Of a stretch of DNA of 64,000 nt, positions 1-13,920 are shown piece by piece. The stretch is taken from the NCBI GenBank assembly GCA_964016885.1, contig OZ024750.1, positions 8,308,001-8,372,000 on the forward strand, written 5' to 3'. Both the position numbers and the translations under genes were made by a program. The notes under the pieces were generated by a model, which searched no databases, was not told the DNA's origin, and worked only from the letters and a program-made list of their open reading frames with translations. This stretch comes from Eledone cirrhosa. Lineage: Eukaryota. The number at the start of each line of letters is the position of its first letter. Position 1 is the first letter of the stretch.

Positions 1-45
1 CTACTTTAGTTAGAGTGTGAGTATCATTAAATTTGGTTGATATAA

Positions 46-430
46 TCACATCTGTTGACATCATAAGTAGGTTAATATTATCACCTCTGTTGGTATCACC
101 ATGTATACTAATAGCATCACATCTGTTAATATCATCACATATATTGACATCAATTGTATGCTGGTATCACATCTGTTGACATCATAAGTATGTTGATATT
201 ATCACATCTGTTGACATCATAAGTATGTTGATATGATCACATCTGTTGACATCATAAGTATGTTGATATTATCACATCTGTTGACATCATAAGTATGTTG
301 ATATGATCACATCTGTTGACATCATAAGTATGTTGATATGATCACATCTGTTGACATCATAAGTATGTTGATATTATCACATCTGTTGACATCATGCGTA
401 TGTTGATATTATCACATCTGTTGGTATCAC
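46..430. repeat. 35-bp minisatellite
   Basis: Unit atcacatctgttgacatcataagtatgttgatat(t/g); about 7 near-perfect copies plus degenerate flanks. Confidence 0.9.
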
Positions 431-1740
431 CATGTATATTAATTGCATCATGTATGTTAATATCATAACATCTGTTATAATTACATCAGTTGATATCAAA
501 TACAATGATATCACATATGTTGAGAATTGGTTTCTAACATAGGCACATAACTCTTTCATTAGAATTTAATAAAATATGTGAAAAGCCCCAGTTGTCACAA
601 CACCTTTCTAGGAGAGGAAAACTCAGAAAAAAACCCTGTGGTTTCGGAAGCATCCGATGATGTTGACCAGTTCTCCTTTTTGGGTAGTGTTTTCAATGCT
701 CAGAGAGTAAGATTGGTCGAGTGCAAGGCCTGTCCCCACTTAGAAAACCTTCAAAGCACAGGCATTGCTTGTTCAGGATATGTTACAGGTTTGTGTGGCT
801 GGCCGTAGCCTAAAAGTACACCAAACTCTATAATCTGACAAGCGATTGCAATACTCCTAGCAGAGTTTGCAGCCATCATATATATATATTTATATGTGTG
901 TGTGTATAAAACAGTCTTATGAAACAATTGTATAAATATTCCAAGGAAATTGTGCAAATAATTTTTTGCTGACACTTTCATGCATTTTATTTTAATAAAG
1001 TGTTGTTCTGTGAACAGACTCGGAACCAAATTTGGTAATACTGAAAGAGTTACTGTTTTTAAAATTTCCATTATATATTCATATTGAATGAGTATAATTG
1101 ATTGGAATTTTCCAATAAAATCCCACTTGTCACAAATGTCAGTCAATTATTGTGATTAAACAACTTTTAAACCTCTTAATTGCAATTGTTTGCATTTCTA
1201 ATAATATTTGTTTGAACATGTCAAAAAGTGGAAAATATGGTGAAATATTCACATTCTCTGTATAGCAAATCTACATCATCAAAGTCATCATCATCACCAT
1301 CACCATCATCACCATCACCATCATTGTTGTCATCATCATCAGCATCCTCTTAAATATCATCATCAAAGCCATCATCATCATTGTTATCATAATCATCATA
1401 ATCATCACCATCATCATCGTCATCATCATCATCCTCGTCGTCATTGTAATGACCATCATCATCATCACTGTCATCATCATCATCATTGTCATCATCAACT
1501 TCATCATCATTATTATCATCATCTTTTTATGTCAGCTTACCATAATATCATGTGTTAGAAGGTTGTCATGGTGTAAAACTAGACATGTTCTCCTCATACA
1601 TTTCATATTTGGCATAGTTTCTATGACTGGATTATTTTTCCTAATTCTGACCACCTTACAGAGTATGCTCGGTGCATTAAAATTACATTCAAAATTATCT
1701 TCTAGATCATGAATATCTTAGAATGTATACTTAATATAGA

Positions 1741-1930
1741 TAATTGTTTCTACTTTAGGCACAAGGCCAGCAATTACCCAGTGCATTACTGGTACTTTAT
1801 TTTATCGACCCCGTAAGGATGAAAGGCAAAGTCAACCTCGGCGGGATTTGAACTCAGATCGTAAAGGGACGTAACTATGCCGGAAAGCATGGCATCCGAC
1901 TCTCTACCGATACTGCCAATCGACCGCCCT
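1741..1930 (-). mobile_element. SINE family A copy
   Basis: Reverse complement of consensus ggcagtatcggtagag...gagttcaaatccc...aaataaagtaccagtaatg...ggccttgtgcc.aaagtagaaacaatt; B-box-like GAGTTCAAATCC. Confidence 0.85.
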
Positions 1931-3383
1931 TAATATAGATAATGACCTGTATATACATACAAAAACACTTACATACACATAAATACATGCATACAGACAT
2001 ACATATGCAGACACATGCATGCAAATATACACATATAGATAAATCCACTGACCAAACTGACACAAGAACAACAACTATGGCTGTGTGCCACTTACACTAA
2101 AGACATATCTGCTAATAAACCTCATGTTACACATTTGTCTAGTTCTCTAAGACCTGAACAGTTACAATTTTATAAAACTTGGCCAGTTCATTTTTAGTGA
2201 ATGTTTTAATGACACGCTTACACTGAAAATAGAAAGCAATTTCTGGAGATTAACCTACTAACTAAAATGGATATTAGCTTTAAAATCTTCCACCACTTCT
2301 ATCTCTCTCTCTGTCTCAAACTCTAATCCTTCGTCTACTTCTATATCTATTATTACTACATTCCTCACTTTCCACACAGACAATCCACCTCACCATCCCA
2401 TAACCCACTCAAACTTAATATTCAGCTATTTAAACTTCCATTTTCAACATTTTACTGTCTCGTAGTTTCCAACAACCACAATTGCTGATCATCACTATGG
2501 ACAATATGCACTTCTAATTTGAGGGTTCCATCTACAAGCAAGTATATAGACTGTCAATGGTGGGGGAAGCATGTCTGTCAGGCCTAATTGGCCATTACAT
2601 ACATGGACCAGTTGGAGTGTAATGCACTTACCACCTGCCTTGTCTGTGCCTTCTTATTCTGGTGTTTGGATGATATCCCATGCTAACCTCATCCCATAAT
2701 GCTGCTAGCAAAATACATGAAAATTTCAACATTAAGGGCCATATAAACTACAAGGTAGAGTAAACATGAAATCTCTGTCCCTGATCAGTTTCTAATTTGA
2801 AATCACATAGGAGGCCTAATCAACCCCAAATTCTTAAGCAAGGTGCCATGCTGTGGCCTTTTTTGTGCGCTATGATTTAGCTTTACTCACCACAGCTAAA
2901 ATGGCCTATGTCCGGACCAAAGTCTTTCAGATGCCCAACAGATGCTTCATGGTTTAGGATGAAGCCATCACCAACAAAGAGTTTCAAAGAGTCCTGGTAG
3001 AGAACAGCTACCCAACATCCTTCAACAAATTCTAGAATGCCAGTACCCTATCAAGGAGGGAACAGATCTGCCTAAAAGCCTCACACATGAATGAGAGCAC
3101 AACCACTACTGCAATTTGTGAAGTGATTCATAGTGAGAGGCTGAAAATACTACTTTCTTTCTTCAATTTCTCTCTTCAGCTTCAGCCTTCCTCTCTTTAA
3201 TACTTTAATATCTCACAGCTATATTTTTGCACTTTTATTGAATTCGCAGTTTCACACAACATCCATCTCAAAATCTCACACACATTTCCTCGTTTCTGGT
3301 ACATCTCAAAACTCCTTATTCTAACCATATATCTCACAATGTTTTATATAAACTAATAAATTATAATTTTAATAAAATTTCAG

Positions 3384-3633
3384 ATCCGATAAGCTGAAAC
3401 CATTTTGGTTAAATTTGAGTGATAATGAAAGAAGAAGTTTCCAATCATTATCAGAGCTATTATTGCCTGCTGAACCTAGCAGAGAATTTCGGGAAGCAGT
3501 CAACAGGTCCTTAGATATTCCAGACTGTAAAGTAGTGCCTTTTATTGGAGGATTTCTCAGGAATTTACGAGCTGTATTTGTTGGTGTACCAAGCATTGTT
3601 GTATTGGCTTCTGAAGAAAATCAAGCATTGGAG
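3384..3633 (+). CDS. PLCE1: Phospholipase C epsilon exon, RasGEF (CDC25-like) domain C-terminal part
   Basis: tttcag acceptor and GAG|gtaagt donor; encodes (R)SDKLKPFWLNLS...CKVVPFIGGFLRNLRAVFVGVPSIVVLASEENQALE; VVPFxGxFL is typical of the PLC-epsilon RasGEF domain; phase 0 join to the next exon. Confidence 0.9.
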
Positions 3634-6600
3634 GTAAGTTTACTATTAATTGTTATTTCTGTGTTAAGCTGATCTTGAAATATTTATTTCTACTTTTGGC
3701 ACAAGACCATCAATTTGAAGGAAATGGTAAAAGTAAATCAACCCCAGTGTATTACTAGTACTTTATTTTATCAACTCTGTAAATATGAAAGGCTAGGCTA
3801 ACCTAGGCAGGATTTGAACCATAACTACATGCCACAGAGCATGTTTTCTAATACTCTGACTTTGCCAATCTATAAAATATTAACAGATAAATTATCTATC
3901 TCTGTATATGCATAGACATGTGAACCCTTAACGTAATTCTCAGGGAGATTCAGTGTGACTAGGCTGAACCTTAAAATTACAAATACAGTCAACCTAACGA
4001 GCTTCCAAACAGTTCCTTTCTACCAAAATTTCCCTCACAAGACATGGGTCAATCCATGGCTATGGTAAATGATACTTGCTCAAGAGGCCATGCAATGGAC
4101 TTGAACCCATGACCCCACGATTACAAAACAAATTCTTTAACCATTTAACCCTGCTGTGTCTGTTGTCAATTGATTACAGTCCATACACAAACAGAAATAC
4201 AGATGTATATTATCATTAATATATACCCTCCTCATAAACATACATACATAGGCAATCATATAAAGACTGTCTTTCTGTGTGCTCTATTATCAAAAAAATA
4301 AAAAGATATTGATTTGGTGTTTAATGACAATTTATTAGAAAAGGTAAACAAAATCCTACCTACTAATATGGTGTAAAAATGTTGTTATATTCATCAGGGC
4401 CTTTCTTTCTAAATAACTCTCACCACATAAATTCACTTGAGACAAAGAAATGACTTTTTAATAGTCTTGTGTAAGGGACAATATCTATAATCTTGGGAAA
4501 ATGTTGTTTAACCAATGTAATTTAATGGAGATAAATATGGCATGTAGGAATTTCATTTTCTAAATTACTTTTCACATTAAATAATAGTCAAATGATGATT
4601 CAAAGTTTTATGCTTTAGACATTAAAGTCAACAGCAATATTGTAGATTAGAATAGGATAAAACGTAGTTTAAATAATGAAACAAAAGAGGCATTAAAACC
4701 AGTGGCAATATTTCCGATAGTGAAACCAAAAATAGTGTGGCTGGGAGTAGATTCCCTACTGCCCAGAAACCAATTCTTTATTATGTAATTTATGAAATGT
4801 TTGTTCAGTTAGGTTTAGTAAAAAGAATCTACTGTTCGATTCAAAGTAAAATTTTCAATCAAAATACACAAACTTAATTTAAAACTAAAAGTATCTCAAA
4901 GTAATAAGTATATATATATATATTGTATAAACACACACACACGCACGCATATATAGACATATATATATAATACACATTGAACACTGATATATGATTTTAG
5001 TAAAAGTCAACAACTGATACAATGTAAATTATAATGTTCACAGCTTTTGTTTTTACTATAGGTTGACTTTTTTGTGCTATTTTTCAGCAGACGTTACACA
5101 TCTTAATTGCACTTAAGAACAAGCAATCTATTTTTAATTAACTTTTCAAAAAACAATGTTTGTTTTTTTTCTAAAAAGTACAATTTAACCCCTGTTTCCA
5201 AAATGTCTTTTTTGTATATTTACTTGTTCCTTATGTTTCCCAGAGCAGTGGACACAGCAAGCAATCATTTAGTCTCAGGTTCAATTCCACTGTGTAAAAT
5301 CAATCTTGACCAAGTGTCATTTATCATATCCTAAAGTGAAGCCATGTGTTGAAGAAGCCTATTACTTTGACTGTACCTGTAATACAAAAGGCCAACCTTG
5401 TCACACTGTGTCACACTGAATCTCCCTGAGAATTGCTTTAAGAATGAGCAGGATGTTCCATTGACTGAGCAGCTGGAACACTCATCATCGACATTTAAAT
5501 GCTAAATGGGTTTTTCCTCATTTACAGTTTCCTTCTACCTTCAATAAAGGTAGAAGGAAATTGTAAATGAGGGAAAACCCATAAAGATTGATTCCAGGAT
5601 GTTGAACTTCAGAAATGAGATGACAAAGTAGAGAGATGCTTTATTTAAACAAAACTGTCCAATCCATGCTATCTTGGAAAAGCGGATGCAACATGTGATG
5701 TTGAATGTGTTTTTTATTGTTATTGTTATTACTCTTGTTAATATTGTGTAAAGAGAAAGATGGCACCAAGTCTCTGCAAATTAATCTTTTCATTGAATGA
5801 TGCTGTTTATGATTTTCATATAGTTCTGAAAATAATCAATAATTTGGAGGAATTTAGTCAAATAAGTAACTTTTGTGTAATAAAGTTGGTGTTTGGAAGA
5901 TAGCTTAACAAAGGTTCTTATTCATAATTATGATAGAAAGCTTTGTGATAAATATGAATACTTTAAATTAAATAGCTTTATATATTGAAACGAGAAGTAA
6001 TTTATGTTAGTTTGGTATCAAAAGAATTAATAAACTATTCACAAATAATGCAATGTTTCGCTACTGAAAGTTTACACTACTCAACTGAGTTCTACACTGG
6101 AGTATTTTTTAAGGTTTCCCTTGGAAGAAGAGTCCATGTTTCTGTTGCCAACACTGATGTGCTAAACTCTGTTCAAAATAAGTTTGCTTCACTAACTGGC
6201 TATGATCCATTTACCAATATACTTCAAGCAATAGCTCACAAATTGAAAGCTTCTATTTTCCTCTTCTAAACCTACTTCAGAATTAGTTAACTTCTTACCT
6301 CTCCACCTAAACCCACCTTATCTAACCATCACTCTTCCTCTTTTCACTTCTGGAGGAAACATTTCATCCAGTCCTTCCTTACTCAAGATTTCAACCAATT
6401 GAAATTTAAACTTCGCTTACATCCTACAGATGTTCAAGCAAAACATATTCAGCATCACACTTATCTGTCTGGGAGGTCATTTTAAGGCAAAGATGGCTGA
6501 GGTAGGGTTTTCTTTTTAATCTGAAGAGAAATTTTTAGCTAAAATAAAAAAAGGGGGGAGAAAAAATAGAGGTCACCAGAACAGCATAATCTATTATAAA

Positions 6601-6932
6601 CAAAGATACATACAAGAAAACAAGAATTTAGCCTTTTTCTTATTCAATGAGACTTTGGCTTTGAAGCTTATCTGAAATTTCTTCAATGTCAGCGTCAAAA
6701 GTTGTAGCTTTATTTTAATGGAAAATTTGTAGATTCAGTAAAATAAAATATAAAATAAAGGCACCAAAGATTCATTCAGCTCTAGAACTGCAGATTGCTG
6801 AGACCCCACCCCATAGACAGGATTTCTCTTCCCCTTTAGCTTATTAGAATAGTATTCTTACTTGTTACAGTGGTAAGCTTTATATATATAACATATTACA
6901 TATTTATATTATATACAGTGGACCGAGAGTGA

Positions 6933-7225
6933 TGGATTGGCAGTATCAGTAGAGCATCGGACAATCTGCTTTGCTGCGTTCAAATCCCACCGAAGTTAGC
7001 TTTGCCTTTCATCCTTATGGGGTTGATAAATAAAGCACCAGTAATGTACTTTGCAGCACAAAGTTATGGCCATTTATGTTCTGAATTCAAATCCTACCGT
7101 GGTTACTTTTACCTTTCATCCTTATGGGGTCGATAAATAAAGTACCAGTAATGCACTGGGGTTGATTTAATTGACTTTCCTCTACCCCCAAAATTGTTGG
7201 CCTTGTACCTAAATCAGAAACCAAT
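6933..7225 (+). mobile_element. SINE family A, internally duplicated
   Basis: Two tandem central blocks ttcaaatcc...tttcatccttatgggg...aaataaag.accagtaatg. Confidence 0.8.
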
Positions 7226-7832
7226 ATTCTTATTTCTTACAGTGGTAAGCTTTATATATAACATATTACATATTCATATTATATACAATGGACCAGTAAG
7301 ATATATAATGTTTTTGCCTTATATATAATCTGGGCTAACTTAAGAATTTCATTCATTTATTCTTTACTGTGTGACAATTAGTAGAAGCATCGTATTTTCT
7401 ATATAAAGCTATGTCAAATTATAGGAAATATTAATACAATGAATTTATATAATTATTCTATTATTGAAGGTTTCTTCCGACTGGGAAAAAAAAAATCTTA
7501 TCAGTCAATATGTGAATTTATTGATAAACTCCAGAGTTTTTGCTAAGTGGTATAAATTATACAGGAAATGAAACAAACGAAATATAGAATCAATAAGGTA
7601 GCCCACATGTACATACATATACATATACATATACATATATACTTGAATCGAGACATAAAATCACACATGCACACACACACAATATATATATATCATCATA
7701 TCATCATCATTTTACGTCCGCTATATATATATATATATATAATATATAATAATATATATATAAATCAGGATAGAACCAGTTTAAAACTAGTTAAACCATT
7801 ACTCACCAGAGTAATTGATACTTGGAGTAGTA

Positions 7833-7886
<54 letters not shown>

Positions 7887-7953
7887 AAGGTTTAGCAAAT
7901 AATGAAAAAGTTTCAAAATAAATTTAAAAAAATTGACTTTACCTACTATAGTT

Positions 7954-8037
7954 ACCTTTACCGATCGGTTTCGAATCCCAAAAATAAAACGGAGACCATA
8001 CGGCCTTCGTTGCAAAGAAAGATTCTCGTCAGAAGGT
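7954..8037 (-). ncRNA. Type I hammerhead ribozyme motif, complete core
   Basis: Minus strand reads ACCTT-CTGACGA-GAATCTT...GGGATTC-GAAA-CCGATCGG-TA/AAGGT: 5-bp stem I, stem II closed by G-C, palindromic stem III, GUA triplet. Confidence 0.85.
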
Positions 8038-8362
8038 TCTTTTCATTCAAAGAATATAAAATTCCTGAATTTAAATCACAAACTAGCGCTATCAAAACTG
8101 TTCCTGGGATGAGAGTGGATGAAGAAACAGGTTTATCAAGGGCCGTAGCAAAGATAGAGGCAAAAGGAGGTAGGTCAAACTAGCCACAGCTAAGGTAACT
8201 ATAGTAGGTAAAGTCAATTTTTTAACATTTATTTTGAAACTTTTTCATTATTTGCTAAACCTTGTTTATATTTGTTCTGGCTCGTTAATTTATGAACCAC
8301 ACTGGCATTTGGTTGGACAATACATGCGTACCTTGGCGCCTTGTGCGTGAAGGAACGTATTT

Positions 8363-8419
<57 letters not shown>

Positions 8420-9238
8420 AGTCAGGACTCTGACGGCTGAGCACCAGCCATTTTGACAGTTAGATCTGAACTGTTCGGATCTAGCTGTTGAAACGGCCAG
8501 AGCTCAGCCATCAGGGTCCCAACTCTTTTTCTATTACCCACTCTACTGCCCTAAGTATTGAGTACTCTGGTGCATTATGGTCCATCTGGTTCCTTACCAC
8601 ACCTTCTTTATTTGTTATATATATATATATATATAACAATATATATATATATAGTACTCAGTAGAGTACTCGATATTTGGGTAGTAGAGTATGGCTATAT
8701 TATAAAGAATCAAGACCCGATGGCTGAGCTCTTGCCATTTCAACACTGCTTTGGAAGTATGTAAAGAGTACACATATCTGTGGAATACTTAACCATATAC
8801 ACTGTAATACAATAAGTAAGTTAATGGAACAATTGGAATACAAATGTCAAACTTAATGAAAGACAAACTAACAAGATATTTTCTATATAAGCAGTTCACC
8901 TGCTAAATCTAGCTGCCAAATGCTTCTCCAAACACGACTTATCTTAAAGAAAGAATGGTTGACCTGCTAAACCTAACAACCAAATGCTCCTCAGATGAAT
9001 CCCATTTCAGCTGCTTTTATTCGCGATTGTATTCTTTTGGTCATTACCCAAGATTCATGACCATAGGTAAGAGTTGGCATGAATACTGAATTGAAGATAA
9101 TGAGTTTGGCTTTTATACCTACCTACCTTCTTCTGTTGTCTCATTTGCATAACATTTTTGAAATTCTGATCCATGTCTCTCTCTTCCTTGTCTTTCTGTT
9201 TCTTTCTCCCTTTCTTTTCTTTCTCAATATTATTGTAG

Positions 9239-9429
9239 TTTGCTCCTGATTATAATGGGGAAGATCGATATATGACCAGAATAGGCGTTGGTGGACTTAT
9301 GAACCTCCACAAGTTAAAAGAAGCTCATACAATCATGAATGACATTTGCCTTTTCCATCATCATGCAATCGTACAAAAAGCACAAAACCAAATTCCCAGT
9401 GATCATAAGTCAAATGTTATGAATAACAC
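9239..9429 (+). CDS. PLCE1: PLC epsilon exon (end of RasGEF region); not in the ORF track
   Basis: Long pyrimidine tract + tgtag acceptor, AC|gtaagt donor; my translation is FAPDYNGEDRYMTRIGVGGLMNLHKLKEAHTIMNDICLFHHH...NNT, resembling the FVxDYxGxD..RVG..GL segment of PLC-epsilon; phases 0/2 match both neighbours. Confidence 0.88.
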
Positions 9430-9988
9430 GTAAGTATGTTTCTCACATATTTAACATAGTATAGGAAAAATATCTAATTAATAGACATTTAATTTAACTT
9501 TTAGTTCTTGTAAGTCTATCTCCTATCAATTTCTAAAGATGGGTATGTTGTATTACTGTTCCAAACTTGATGTGTTGGGGTATGTGTACATGTACAAAGT
9601 TCAAGAATTTTTTGTTTTTTCTAATTTTTTATAAGTTAAAAAGTTTAAAAAGTTTTATTAATAAAAATTTTTTTTAAATCATAAAGAAATCTATTTCAAA
9701 TAACAACAACACTACAGATATTTAAAAGCAGAAAAGGAAGGGATAGGGAAGGGCTCCGGGTTCACAGAAGGATGGGTGGGGGAATAGGGAGGGTGATGGG
9801 CTCTAAGCCTAATGCACGGTGGTGTTGTGGTATGCCTCATGGACGAGACTACAAAAGCATTTCCACGGACAATGGCCAGGAACACCCGCTAAATCTAAAG
9901 TCTGTCATGAACTCTGAGCCTCATCAAGCCGGCGTTTATCCCGGTGCCTGTGGCATGAAGTGACCGAGAGTACAAGACTACCTCGTTA

Positions 9989-10020
<32 letters not shown>

Positions 10021-11011
10021 TCAGATTTTTTTCCATTTCTGGTAAAATGGACACAGTGTGTGATCTCCTATGACCCTTTCTCACAGGTCTATGTGAGGTT
10101 TTACTTGGAGTTCATCATCACCCAGCCTTCAGGTAACACTGTGTGTGTGTGTTTTTGTGCATGTGTGTGTGTGTTTTTGTGCATGTGTGTGCATGATGTT
10201 ATATCAGTATACATAAAAACAGTAAAACATTAATAGAAAAGTACTCAATACTTGCATGCACAATGTAGTATGAATTCTAACAAATAAAATAATTACAGTG
10301 TCTCTAATTGTCATATTTATCAGCACACAATCTACACAGTTGCTGGTGTTAGGTATAGATTTAAAGCTAGTGTATATTTGAAGTATAATGACTAACATAT
10401 GGGTGAAGAATATATCTATTTGTTAAGATGTTTTTGAATTGCATAATTCTAAAGTTATCATATATAATTAATTAGGAATAGAATTTATGTCTGAGAAGTT
10501 AAGGTATCTGAGTGAAGTGAGAATGAAGTAAGACAGGAAGAATTGGTAAAGAGATTTTAGAATAAACCAAAATAGCTTTGTAGTTTATGTTCTCAGACAA
10601 TTATTAGAAGAAGGAGGAGGGGGAGGAGAAGAAGAAGACAATTGCTGTTTACAAATGCATACATAATTTATGAATTGCTTACGATTAATCAATCAACGTT
10701 ATTTTAACTTTTCAAGAATCTTTTGATTATCAGACCACACTTTTAAAATTCTGTTAGCTGTAATATCAAGGCAGTTAAAACTATAAAGATCTTTTTTTTT
10801 CAAAGTATGTATAAATTATGATATAGAACCTATACGTCTGGATATTTTGTTAGGTATATATTGATTTTTAGAGAGGATGGATTTCAAGTAAAAATTGTGA
10901 TATTTTTGTTTATTCAAACAACTCACATTAAATTATGTTAATTTGAAAGACTGGGTATAGAAAAATATATAAATAAATCTAGTAAAGAAGAAATTGATGA
11001 TATATAGCCAT

Positions 11012-11365
11012 GGAGGCACATGGCTTAGTGGTTAGAGCATTGGCCTTCCTTGCAATCGATAGGTTGTGAGTTCAATTCTCAGACCGGGGGATGTGTTGTT
11101 TCCTTGAGAAAGACATTTTATTTCACATTGCTCCAGTTTACTCAGCTGTAGAAATGAGATGATAGGGACTGGGATCCCTATCATTCCACTGCAAAGTGGT
11201 TGTGTAGGTGCCACGGAAAAAAGCACCCAGCACTCACTGTAAATGAGGTTGGTGTTAGGAAGAGCATCCAACTGTAGAAATCAAGCCAGAATCAGTTCCT
11301 GTCCCACCCTTTCAAGTAGGGAAAAGCGGACGTAAAATGATGATGATGATGATGATGATGATGAT
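11012..11365 (+). mobile_element. tRNA-derived SINE family B with RTE-like 3' tail
   Basis: A box TGGCTTAGTGG, B box GAGTTCAATTC; tail ...gttggtgttagga..gcatcca.ctgtagaaa...ggacgt..(GAT)n shared with the LINE 3' UTR. Confidence 0.85.
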
Positions 11366-11911
11366 AGCCAGCCTATTGAGTCTGTCTATAAAGTCTACAA
11401 AGAAACTTCATGCTACCAATTCATGTTCAACTATCATGTGAAGATTTGTAATCTTGTGTTTAAAGAGTTCTGTGAGTTTTATGAGTACTGCAAATTTAAG
11501 CAAAGTGCCTGCATGAAGTTTGCATGAAGCTTGGCAGGCAAATCTGCTATCAAAATCCTCAAATTACCTAATGCCATGTCAGGTTTTTGGTAAATATTCT
11601 TTGGATCAAACACAAGGTTTTAGTAGTACATGTATATTAAGGTCAGTGAAGAATCAGTGAAAGATAGTGAATGTTCAGGGCAACTAATAACCAGTAAAAT
11701 GTCAGAAAGTCTTTTCGAAATTCATGAAACCATCCATGCATACCATTATGAAACACTTATCTACATGGTTTGTAAATGAACTTCAAACAGAATCATGGTG
11801 GTAATAGATGGTCTTCAAGAATAGGACTTCCACAGTGCTTATGAGTCATGTCAGATGCACTGGGATCATTGTGTATTTTCCAATTGCCAGAATGGAAAAC
11901 ATGTAAATTGT

Positions 11912-11958
<47 letters not shown>

Positions 11959-13036
11959 GTCATGGTGGTGGTCATCATCGAGGTTGTGTTGGTGGTATTG
12001 GTGATAATGATGATGAGTGAGAAAATAGTAATGGTATTATTAAACCTATTACATTTGTCATACTCGATAGAATATAATGTAAAATCTTTTAAACTATTGT
12101 CAGAATTTTTAAACAGGCAATTCTTTATAAAATCTTACTTTCTCTCTTACGACTCATATTTCCATGTGTCGGAATGATTGACTGCAAATATGAAAAATAA
12201 AGTCAGAATTTGTTGATGATATATGAACAAATAAGAAGTAAATTTCACAGAAAAATTGATATCATAGACCAAATATGTCAAGCACATATGCTGCAACAAT
12301 TTCATCTTATTTGTATGACTGGTTTATAGATGAAGTCTTCAGCTATTGACCTCTGTGTTAGGTTAACATTTTTTCCTCATCTATTACCTTGAAAATTTAT
12401 GTAAAGAATCTTAATCTTCTTTCATTCATCTGTCTAGTTGGAAAATAACAATCAGTTCTATTTCATAACTGTATGGTTGGTATTAAAACAGTCTTGCATT
12501 AGTTAAATATCAAAATTTCTAAAGGTAACTACCAAATTTAGAAAAATGTCTGGCCGAAATAGAATGTAACTATTATTAAGAAAAACACAAATTGTATAAT
12601 CATACATATTTGACAAACTATTTTAAAGATAAATTTAGGATAAGCTTTTAGAATATCAAAACAACATTTTCTTATTATTTAAAATCAGTTCATTTTACTT
12701 AAACTCATAATTTTCTTCAGGAATATATAAATGTCACATATGTTTATTTTTGGATACAACTATTTCACTTCATTTATGTTGCTAACTCATTTCAGAAATG
12801 CATGAACATCACAACTACATGTGTACCATTGTGAATGTCACTAGGTTTAAATCACATATTCAAATCACTCCTATCCTCAATAAAATATTTAACTTTATGT
12901 CAAAATTACAGAGTTTGAGACACAGTTTTAATTCTTGGGTACAGTTATTTCATTTATTTACATTGCTACTCTACAGAAATGCATGAACATCACAACTCTT
13001 GTATGATTCTTATATTTGTTTTACTTTAATTTTCAG

Positions 13037-13850
13037 TGCAAATTTAACAAAAAAAAACAGCGTTGATGAAACAGAAGAGAAAGTTGTCGAAGAGAAATAT
13101 GAGGTTTCCAATGAATTCAATCATGGAAATGAAGAAGATGAAGACAGTGACAGTGATTATGACCTCGATCTTGATTCCTACCAACCAATCTGTCCCATTA
13201 ATAATGAACACGAGGTCAATTTACTGACACCGAAAATCTCCAAAGTCAGTCTACATCATTTACAGTGTATGCATCATGGAAGTACAATGGTGAGGCATGA
13301 ACTTGATACAAACCGTTCTGTTGTTGTTTGTCTCAAACTTGAAAGTGATAACAGAACACTAACTTGGCAGAAACCATCATGGAGTGCTCTGAGGGGTAGC
13401 CCTTCCCCACCAGACTATACACTGAAATCTGACTTTGATTTATCTTCATCTAACACGATATCATTACGTTATAATACAGATGATGATGTGATGGAAGGAC
13501 TTGAAGAAGGTTTCATTGATATAAATATTATAAAAGATGTGTATTTGGGTGCTGATATATCTGATTTTGCAGCAATTGGTAAACGATATGGTTTAGGTAA
13601 TTTTATGCCGGAGAAAAATTGCCTTTGCCTTGTATATGGTTATAATATAACAGAAAATAAATTAATGTATTTCTTAGCACCAGATATGGTGGCTAAAATA
13701 TGGTTTCAAGGTTTGCAGAGTCTTGTAAAAGCAGCAACTAAAGTTAAGAACCAAACTGACAAAAGGAGTCATTGGTTAAAGACGCAGTACCTTCAGCTGT
13801 ATTATGAGAATGATAAATGTCAGGGGCCAACTCCAGCAGAAGCAATAAGG
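13037..13850 (+). CDS. PLCE1: PLC epsilon exon encoding the PH domain
   Basis: Within ORF 12999-13907; tttcag acceptor (phase 2), AGG|gtaagt donor; motifs LKLESDNRTLTWQKPSW, WFQGL and WLKTQYLQLY...GPTPAEAIR. Confidence 0.93.
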
Positions 13851-13920
13851 GTAAGTTATATATTTATGATAAAAAATGTTGAGGGTTATTATAATGATTC
13901 TTATTGATATTATTATATTA

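Noticed and set aside
7902-8183. 93-aa ORF inside the inverted-repeat element
   Set aside because: No recognisable domain; it overlaps the antisense of the ribozyme and is probably incidental.
9770-9800. G-quadruplex motif gggtgggggaatagggagggtgatggg
   Set aside because: The pattern is present but lies in a decayed repeat fragment with no evidence of function.
11012-11090. tRNA gene
   Set aside because: A/B boxes are present, but the sequence continues into a dispersed repeat body and tail; it is a SINE head with no convincing cloverleaf.
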